A stretch of DNA of 64,000 nucleotides from assembly GCA_947452765.1 (NCBI GenBank), contig CANGDR010000002.1, positions 24,407 through 88,406 on the forward strand. Direction: 5' to 3'. Of the stretch, positions 57,772 to 64,000 are shown in pieces; the stretch's first letter is position 1, and each line of letters begins with the position of its first letter. Under the pieces are notes generated by a model. That model saw only the letters and a list, made by a program, of their open reading frames with translations, searched no databases and was not told the origin of the DNA. The stretch is from Actinomycetota bacterium (GTDB lineage: Bacteria > Actinomycetota > Actinomycetes > S36-B12 > UBA5976). Both the position numbers and the translations under genes were made by a program.

Positions 57772-59277
57772 CTATTTCAACATGTCCTTGAAGGCATTCG
57801 GCAGCTCGGTAAGAGTTGCGCTTGGCGGTTCAATTTCAATTCCAGCTTCTTGTGCTGCGCGCTTGGCTGGATTACCAGACTTCTTCGCGCCTTTGCCTTT
57901 TTGTGGCTGCTTCTTTTGTTGCACTGAACGCATGCCTGGCATTCCTGGCATAGGTGGCATACCAGGAACCGAACCACCGTTAGCCATCTGCTTCATCATT
58001 TTTTGCGCGACCACAAATCGATCCATCAAGGAATTAACATCACTGACCTGCATGCCCGAACCAGTTGCAATCCGAGCACGGCGAGAACCATTCAACAACT
58101 TAGGATTTTCGCGTTCAGCTGGAGTCATGGAAGAAATAATCGCTTCCACGCGAACAATCTCTCGTTCGTCTACATTTTCAATTTGTTTTTTAATTTCGCC
58201 CATACCTGGCAACATGCCAAGCATTTTGGACATTGATCCCATTTTCTTCAACTGCTGCATTTGTTGCATGAAGTCAGTCAAAGTGAAATCTTCACCAGTT
58301 TGCATTTTCTTGGCAAACTTTTCAGTTTGATCTTTATCTAAATTCTGTTCCGCTTGTTCAATCAGCGTTAGGACATCGCCCATGTCCAGGATTCGTGAAG
58401 CCATACGATCGGGATGGAATATTTCAAAATCAGTTAACTTCTCGCCCGTTGATGCAAACATAATCGGCTTGCCAGTGATAGTTGCAACTGAAAGTGCTGC
58501 GCCACCTCGAGCATCACCATCGAGTTTGGTTAAGACGACTGCATCAATTCCGATATCTCGAGCGAAAGTTTCTGCAGTATTAACTGCATCTTGACCGGTC
58601 ATTGCGTCGATAACCAGCAATGTTTCATCGGGTTTAGCTTCAGATTTAACTTTCGCGAGCTGGTCCATCAATTCAGTATCAATCGATAGGCGGCCCGCAG
58701 TATCTACGATGACCACATCATGAAGTTTGTCTTTAGCGAACTTCATTGCATCTAGCGTTACTTGAACCGGATCTCCAACACCATTACCTGGCTCTGGCGC
58801 AAAAACAACTGTGTTGGCTTGCTGTCCGACAATTTTTAACTGATCCACCGCATTCGGACGTTGCAAGTCTGCAGCAACCAACATTGGCTGGTGGCCCTGC
58901 GTACGTAAATGCGCTGCAAGCTTTCCGGCAAGGGTGGTCTTTCCGGCTCCTTGTAAACCAGCTAGCAGAATTACTGTCGGCGGATTTTTAGCCAGGCGCA
59001 GACGTCTTGTTTCACCGCCAAGAATCTCAACAAGTTCTTCGTTAACAATTTTTACAATTTGTTGCGCTGGATTGAGTGCTCCTGAGACTTCTTGACCAAG
59101 CGCACGCTCCTTGATGCGAGCACAAAACTCGCGAACTACTGGCAGCGCTACGTCGGCATCGAGTAAGGCAATCCGAATTTCCCGAACCGTCTCTTCAATG
59201 TCAGTTTCCGTTAATCGGCCCTTTCCGCGTAACTGTTTAAACGTGACAGCTAAGCGATCGGAAAGGGATGCGAACAT
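57772..59277 (-). CDS. ffh: signal recognition particle protein Ffh
   Basis: GLQGAGKTTLAGKLA, DTAGRL, Met-rich M domain and basic tail. Confidence 0.96.
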   Translation of the reverse strand: MFASLSDRLAVTFKQLRGKGRLTETDIEETVREIRIALLDADVALPVVREFCARIKERALGQEVSGALNPAQQIVKIVNEELVEILGGETRRLRLAKNPPTVILLAGLQGAGKTTLAGKLAAHLRTQGHQPMLVAADLQRPNAVDQLKIVGQQANTVVFAPEPGNGVGDPVQVTLDAMKFAKDKLHDVVIVDTAGRLSIDTELMDQLAKVKSEAKPDETLLVIDAMTGQDAVNTAETFARDIGIDAVVLTKLDGDARGGAALSVATITGKPIMFASTGEKLTDFEIFHPDRMASRILDMGDVLTLIEQAEQNLDKDQTEKFAKKMQTGEDFTLTDFMQQMQQLKKMGSMSKMLGMLPGMGEIKKQIENVDEREIVRVEAIISSMTPAERENPKLLNGSRRARIATGSGMQVSDVNSLMDRFVVAQKMMKQMANGGSVPGMPPMPGMPGMRSVQQKKQPQKGKGAKKSGNPAKRAAQEAGIEIEPPSATLTELPNAFKDMLK

Positions 59278-59330
59278 GCCTTAATTCTAATCAGCAGTGC
59301 CCAAACCACTCGCCTACTAGGCTGCTTTAC

Positions 59331-60104
59331 ATGCGATCAGTAGCCGGAACCGAATTATCCAGAACGCAATACCTGCAGCACATTGCAAGTGATTACAACT
59401 TGATGGTTACCGCTCTGGCAGGACCCGTTGTGCCAGTTCCAACTTGCCCAGGTTGGGATACCAATGAACTGGCACATCACATGGGAATGGTTTATCTCCA
59501 TCAAGCATTCGTAATTGAGCACGGTGAGCGCCCCGAAGCCAAAGAGCATCGTAAACACTTAACTGGCTCGGAAACTGACATGGAACTTTTGGCTGCTGGT
59601 CATTTGGCTATTACCGGCGCGCTGGACCCAGAGCGGGCAGAACGTAAAACCTGGAGTTGGCATCACAATGATTTCTCAGTTGATTTTTGGTTCCGGCGAA
59701 TGGCGCACGAAACCTTAATTCATCGAGTTGATGCTCAACTTGCAACTGGCGTAATCCCAGAAATTTCTGAACTCTTAGCACTTGATGGTGTTGACGAGGT
59801 ACTTGATTTCTTGCCACTGCTCGGGTCATGGGATGGCGCGCCAAATGTTGCATTTGGAATAGTTTCGATAACTGCGCACACCTCAACCGGACAGAAACAT
59901 TGGACATTGGAATTTACAACTGAGAGCGCGACAGTTACTGCTGCGAATCAAGTTGATCCAAATGCCCGGCTAATTATTTCTGGTGACGCTATCGCCATGG
60001 ATCTCTATCTATGGGGACGAATTGATAGTGCCGATCCTCGGATAACTCTGGCGGGCGACGATGAGGCTGGATTCAAGCAACTTATGCAGGTCGCGGTAAA
60101 TTAA
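59331..60104 (+). CDS. maleylpyruvate-isomerase-family mycothiol-dependent (DinB-fold) protein
   Basis: ..TCPGWDTNELAHHMG.. is typical of the MDMPI N-terminal domain. I prefer ATG 59331, which avoids overlapping the divergent ffh start. Confidence 0.6.
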   Translation: MRSVAGTELSRTQYLQHIASDYNLMVTALAGPVVPVPTCPGWDTNELAHHMGMVYLHQAFVIEHGERPEAKEHRKHLTGSETDMELLAAGHLAITGALDPERAERKTWSWHHNDFSVDFWFRRMAHETLIHRVDAQLATGVIPEISELLALDGVDEVLDFLPLLGSWDGAPNVAFGIVSITAHTSTGQKHWTLEFTTESATVTAANQVDPNARLIISGDAIAMDLYLWGRIDSADPRITLAGDDEAGFKQLMQVAVN

Positions 60105-61315
60105 GCTGCGAATTGTCGAAAGTCGGCTGGCGCTCGGTCACGAGCATTACGAATCGCATCCATAACTTCCTGTAGGGCGCGAATTGAATGACCACTTACA
60201 AAAGTATCAACGTAAGGCAGCGCCGCAGCCATACCAGCAACTAGCGGTTCATAGTTGGTTGCCGCTTTACGTGGATTAACCCAAATGATGTGATGTGATA
60301 ACCGAGATAGTCGCTGCATAGCCTGCTTCAATATCTCGGGATCATCAGTTTCCCAGCCATCAGAAACGATTACGATGACAGCGCCTCGCGCTATGCCGCG
60401 CTGCCCGTGATCTCGAATAAATTCCAGCAAAGTCTTTCCAATGCGAGTGCCACCAAACCAATCTGGAGTATTTTGTGCAACTCTTCGATATGAAATGTCT
60501 GGATCACCGGTGCCCAGAAATCTAGTTAATCGAGTAAGTCTCGTTGCAAAAACAAAAGCTTCAGCATGCAGTGCTCTGACGGCACCAAGCATTAGGTGTA
60601 GGTAGATGCGAGAGTACGGCTCCATCGAGCCAGAGACATCTGCAATAAGAACCACACGACGCGGCCGATCCTTATGTTTCCGATACCTCAGATCGACCGG
60701 ATCCCCCGCAGTCGAATAGGAGTTCCTAATGGTGGAGCGCATGTCTATTTTCTGTCCACTGCGATGACGCTTATTCCGTCGACTTGGGCGCCGAGGTGGA
60801 ACCAAAGGTAATTTTGCAACTAGTGCAGCAATCAGTTTTAATTCATCCTCCGTGCAATCTGCAAAATTTGAATCCTTCAATCGCTCATCGTCACTAGCGG
60901 GTGCAAGTAATGCTGGTGGATCAGTGTCTTGCGAATCTTCAGATTTTTCGCCCGGTGTACTGGATGAGCCTGCTGGGTTCGGCCGCGATTCATTTTCATT
61001 TGTGTGATCGCGAGCTGGTTGCTGGTCGCCAGATTCTTTGGCATTTTCTGGATTTGGCGTATCGCTGGAATTATTAACATCATTCAGATCAACAATTCCA
61101 CGGAACACTTGATTGAAAACCAAGTCGTAGATTTCAATTTGTTCACGGCTAGAAAGTAGCGTAACTCGACCAACCCAATAAAGCTGCTCTACTTGTGTTG
61201 GATCGACTTCGACTATTGCTTGCGCGAATCTCGCGCGCCTTTCAGGAGTAGCCGGTATCCCGGCTACATGGAGCACTTCGCCAAAAGTTGCAACGATATG
61301 CGCCAGGTCAGCCAT
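60101..61315 (-). CDS. VWA-domain protein (CoxE-like)
   Basis: MIDAS motif VLIADVSGSM. Likely start ATG 61315 overlaps the MoxR gene stop by 8 nt. Low-complexity acidic linker. Confidence 0.8.
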   Translation of the reverse strand: MADLAHIVATFGEVLHVAGIPATPERRARFAQAIVEVDPTQVEQLYWVGRVTLLSSREQIEIYDLVFNQVFRGIVDLNDVNNSSDTPNPENAKESGDQQPARDHTNENESRPNPAGSSSTPGEKSEDSQDTDPPALLAPASDDERLKDSNFADCTEDELKLIAALVAKLPLVPPRRPSRRNKRHRSGQKIDMRSTIRNSYSTAGDPVDLRYRKHKDRPRRVVLIADVSGSMEPYSRIYLHLMLGAVRALHAEAFVFATRLTRLTRFLGTGDPDISYRRVAQNTPDWFGGTRIGKTLLEFIRDHGQRGIARGAVIVIVSDGWETDDPEILKQAMQRLSRLSHHIIWVNPRKAATNYEPLVAGMAAALPYVDTFVSGHSIRALQEVMDAIRNARDRAPADFRQFAA

Positions 61316-62186
61316 TGACCACCCAGCCAAGACCTTTGCCTTGCGCAACATCATGATCTTCGCGGTATTTCAAAACACTGCCTAAAGTTTGAGCCGCGTT
61401 GTCGGCAGTAATTCGATCCAAGCCAAGGATCATCGCAGCATTTACCCAGTCAATTGCTTCTGCAATTCCAGGTTGCTTCTGCACATCCAGCGAGCGGATT
61501 CGTTGCACCGCGCTAGCCACTTGTGCCGTTAAATCAGAGCTGGCCTGAGGAACTCGGCTCCGAATAATTGCGGTTGCTTGGTGGATGTCTGGGTAATCAA
61601 TCCAGTGGTAAAGGCAGCGACGTTTTAGGGCATCGTGCAGGTCTCTGGTTCGATTCGAGGTAAGGATCACGATTGGCGCAATCTTGGCGTGAATAGTTCC
61701 CAATTCAGGAATAGTTACTGACCCTTCGGCCAGCAACTCGAATAGAAAAGCTTCAAATTCTTCATCGGCACGATCTACTTCGTCGATTAAGAGCACGGCT
61801 GGCATCGGTCCAGCATGTTCAATTGCTTGCATAAGTGGCCGCTCAATTAAGTAGTCCCGAGTAAATAACGAATCCTCGGTTAGAGATTTGCCTTGTGACT
61901 CGGCAACGCGAATACCCAAAAGTTGTTGTGGATAATTCCATTCATACAATGCTTCAGCAGCATCAATGCCTTCATAACACTGCAGCCGGATCAAGGGTGT
62001 ATTCAGAAGTGATGCTAGCGACTTTGCGGCTTGTGTCTTACCTACTCCGGCTTCACCTTCGAGTAGTAGCGGCTGTGGCAACGACATGGCGACGTACAGG
62101 GCCGTTGCTAAACCTTCGTCAGCAAGATAACCATCGCTGGCTAGCGCACTGCGTAATTCATCGGGCGATGAAAATGGCGTATTCAT
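61308..62186 (-). CDS. MoxR-family AAA+ ATPase (CoxD-like)
   Basis: Walker A LEGEAGVGKTQAA, Walker B VLLIDEVDRADEE, 292 aa. Confidence 0.88.
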   Translation of the reverse strand: MNTPFSSPDELRSALASDGYLADEGLATALYVAMSLPQPLLLEGEAGVGKTQAAKSLASLLNTPLIRLQCYEGIDAAEALYEWNYPQQLLGIRVAESQGKSLTEDSLFTRDYLIERPLMQAIEHAGPMPAVLLIDEVDRADEEFEAFLFELLAEGSVTIPELGTIHAKIAPIVILTSNRTRDLHDALKRRCLYHWIDYPDIHQATAIIRSRVPQASSDLTAQVASAVQRIRSLDVQKQPGIAEAIDWVNAAMILGLDRITADNAAQTLGSVLKYREDHDVAQGKGLGWVVNG

Positions 62187-62188
62187 GA

Positions 62189-63103
62189 CTAGGCAGATTG
62201 AAAGGATTCAGGATTTGCCGAGTATGCCTTTAGGCAACCAGGTGCACAGAACCAAACTGTGGTGCCGTCAAAGTCAGCATGGATAGATTCTTTAACCATT
62301 GGGACTGACATGTTGCACACTGGATCAATTGAAGTTTCGCAAACAGGTCCAGCTTTTCGTGGCTCAATGATGTTTGCAACTGCTTGAACCATTTCCGCCA
62401 AGATTGAAAGGGCAATGTGATCTGGTGTGCGGGCGCCAATATCAAGGCCCGCTGGTGAGTGGACTGAAGCTTTTTGATCTGGGGTTAAATTAAGCATTTC
62501 AATAACTGCTGTACCGCGCTTGCGGCTTGCAACTAAGCCAACATATGGCACACCTGCTGTTACTGCTGCTTCGAGCAACATGGTTTCATCATCGCGACCG
62601 TGTGCGGCGACGATAACTGCAAATGTTGAGGATAAATCAATTGATGAATCCCACTCGGTCATTTCAAAGCCAGCACCTGGACCTTGCTTAATTAACGATC
62701 CTGAAATTGGACTATCGCCAAAAATTGCTACAAGAGGTGCGGGCATAACTGGCTCCAAAAATATTTCCAAGGTTCCACCGGATAGGCATGGATTATGAAC
62801 GGTTCGCTTTCCGATTTGGGTGTCTGGCTCGGGCATTGGGGCAATTCGAAGAAGTAACGCCTGACCATCACCAAGAACTGAAATTCCTTGACTTCGCACC
62901 GTGGACTCGGCACATGACCCGCCAACAAAACCTTCAATGGTTCCGTCGGAGAAAATCAGTGCTTCGTCACCTGGTTTTGCAGAAGTAGGTTTTTCGGCAA
63001 GGACAACTCGGGCGTGCACATACGGAGTTCGTGACTTTTGCAGATCAGCTACGCGTGAAGCAAGGATCTTTGGCACTGGACACCTCCCGAGGTCGTTACT
63101 CAA
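62189..63103 (-). CDS. XdhC/CoxI-family maturation factor fused to a C-terminal YHS-type metal-binding domain
   Basis: XdhC N-domain (..DGTIEGFVGGSCAES..), Rossmann-like XdhC_C (..LVAIFGDSPISG..), then DPVCNMSV...VWFCAPGCLKAY, the YHS/TRASH-like pattern. Confidence 0.75.
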   Translation of the reverse strand: MSNDLGRCPVPKILASRVADLQKSRTPYVHARVVLAEKPTSAKPGDEALIFSDGTIEGFVGGSCAESTVRSQGISVLGDGQALLLRIAPMPEPDTQIGKRTVHNPCLSGGTLEIFLEPVMPAPLVAIFGDSPISGSLIKQGPGAGFEMTEWDSSIDLSSTFAVIVAAHGRDDETMLLEAAVTAGVPYVGLVASRKRGTAVIEMLNLTPDQKASVHSPAGLDIGARTPDHIALSILAEMVQAVANIIEPRKAGPVCETSIDPVCNMSVPMVKESIHADFDGTTVWFCAPGCLKAYSANPESFQSA

Positions 63104-63175
63104 TTATGCGCGTAAATCAGGACTTAAGCGAGATGGAGTCGATTAGTAAATTCAGTAAACCCTTATTTTGCGCGG

Positions 63176-63793
63176 TTACTTAAGAAGTAGCCAAGCACCG
63201 ATTGCTATGACAATAACTAATACGACAGGAATCAACTTCTTGGCGACCGCCCCGCCGGCCACTTCCATCATGTCGATTGCTTCAGCAGCTGGGGCCGGAT
63301 TCGCTTGTGCTGCTCCAGAGTCAGCACTGGTAGAAGTTGCGTTGGTACCTGCAGTGATAACTCCCTCGAGATTTCCGGCAAACTGTCCGATGATGCGGCC
63401 AGCAACGTCAGACATAACTCCTCGCCCGAATTGAGCAGGCTTGCCGGTAATAGCAAGGTCAGTATTTACGTCAACCCGAGTTAGCGTTGGACTCTCGGCA
63501 ACAAGCTGGGTAGTCACGATTGCTTGAGCGGTTGAATTTCCCTTAGTCTCACTGCCAGAAGCATTTATTACCAGCCGATGATTTGCAACATCTTTATCTA
63601 CGAAGGACGCGGTTCCACCAAAAACCATAGTTACTGGTCCGAGTTTAATTTTAACTTCACCTTTAAATGTGTCGCCTTCAACGCTAAGCAATGTCGCACC
63701 AGGCATACACATTGCAATTCGTTCTACGTCTAGCAGTGTGTTCCATGCCGTATCAATATCAGCCGGAACGGAAAATGAGTGCTCTAGTTCCAT
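63176..63793 (-). CDS. SRPBCC-fold CoxG-like protein with C-terminal membrane anchor
   Basis: MELEHSFSVPADIDTAWNTLLDVERIAMCMPGA.. is CoxG-like. Ala/Ser-rich linker, then the TM segment LIPVVLVIVIAIGAWLLL. Confidence 0.75.
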   Translation of the reverse strand: MELEHSFSVPADIDTAWNTLLDVERIAMCMPGATLLSVEGDTFKGEVKIKLGPVTMVFGGTASFVDKDVANHRLVINASGSETKGNSTAQAIVTTQLVAESPTLTRVDVNTDLAITGKPAQFGRGVMSDVAGRIIGQFAGNLEGVITAGTNATSTSADSGAAQANPAPAAEAIDMMEVAGGAVAKKLIPVVLVIVIAIGAWLLLK

Positions 63794-63850
63794 CGGGTGC
63801 GACCTTTCGTTTTTGTTGCTTATTGCAACTTTAACCGTCTGTGTTTTTTA

Positions 63851-64000
63851 TTACCCAGCAAATGCCTGAATCAATTTAGATTTAAGTAGATAGACCACGG
63901 TAATTGCTACCAATACCAATAAGGCACTAATCGAATATGCCGCTTGCGGATCTACTTCGAACGCGTTGTAAACCTCCATGGGCAAGGTGCGGGTAACCCC
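63851..64000 (-). CDS. ABC-transporter permease, C-terminal fragment (gene runs off the right edge)
   Basis: Minus-strand frame from nt 64000 reads GVTRTLPMEVYNAFEVDPQAAYSISALLVLVAITVVYLLKSKLIQAFAG, stop TAA 63853-63851. This is a typical tail for CysTW/ModB-type permeases. Confidence 0.6.
   Translation of the reverse strand, partial: GVTRTLPMEVYNAFEVDPQAAYSISALLVLVAITVVYLLKSKLIQAFAG

Noticed and set aside
60101-62186. MoxR AAA+ / VWA pair as a candidate anti-phage or stress system
   Set aside because: The pair is overlapped and co-oriented with XdhC-like and CoxG-like genes. That points to the CoxD/CoxE molybdoenzyme-maturation role rather than a stand-alone system.
1-64000. tRNA, rRNA, tmRNA, RNase P, SRP RNA, transposase/IS elements, prophage genes
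   Set aside because: I inspected all intergenic spacers longer than about 60 nt by eye. I found no cloverleaf-compatible sequence (no GTTCGAATC-type T-arm) and no IS-like inverted repeats or transposase ORFs. A tRNAscan/Infernal run would be needed for certainty.

Overview
Gene-dense chromosomal window from an Actinomycetota genome with moderate GC. The lineage call rests on dcw gene order, DivIVA/SepF, a mycothiol-type MDMPI protein and an actinobacterial-type LexA box. About 66 protein genes are present, mostly on the minus strand. I found no rRNA, tRNA, CRISPR array, transposase or prophage genes by eye. Layout: (1) nt 1-19.2 kb holds the 3' end of ileS, then the complete division/cell-wall block divIVA-yggT-sepF-yggS-pgeF-ftsZ-ftsQ-murC-murG-ftsW-murD-mraY-murF-murE-ftsI-ftsL-rsmH-mraZ. 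Its genes are joined by 1-8 nt stop/start overlaps, except at ftsW/murG, where a 32-nt unit is tandemly repeated five times. (2) 19.2-26.2 kb holds a GH25/DUF1906-like protein, a MaoC dehydratase, DUF3040, and an SOS-boxed operon: small Trp/Arg-rich protein, dnaE2, dinB. (3) 26.2-42.4 kb is an accessory-looking catabolic region. It encodes an HDAC-type amidohydrolase, two FAD oxidases, an aldehyde dehydrogenase, an Lrp regulator, a class III aminotransferase, a PNPOx-like protein, two paralogous DMT transporters, a DUF1989-PxpA pair, an acyl-CoA dehydrogenase and an acyl-CoA synthetase. (4) 42.4-59.3 kb is a conserved housekeeping block: rlmN-cdsA-frr-pyrH-tsf-rpsB, an M23 peptidase, xerC-dprA-comM-yraN-DUF2469-rnhB-lepB-rplS, then trmD-rimM-KH-rpsP-ffh. 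An opposite-strand orphan N6-adenine DNA methyltransferase-like gene is inserted between rplS and trmD. (5) 59.3-64 kb holds an MDMPI-family protein, a CoxG/XdhC-YHS/MoxR(CoxD)/VWA(CoxE) accessory cluster, and the tail of an ABC permease. The best candidates for something new are the LexA-boxed small-protein/dnaE2/dinB cassette (no ImuA'/ImuB), the mini-ORF relay created by the ftsW-murG junction repeat, the orphan methyltransferase insertion, and the DUF1989-PxpA module flanked by paralogous transporters. All family calls come from motif recognition and synteny only. No database search was run.
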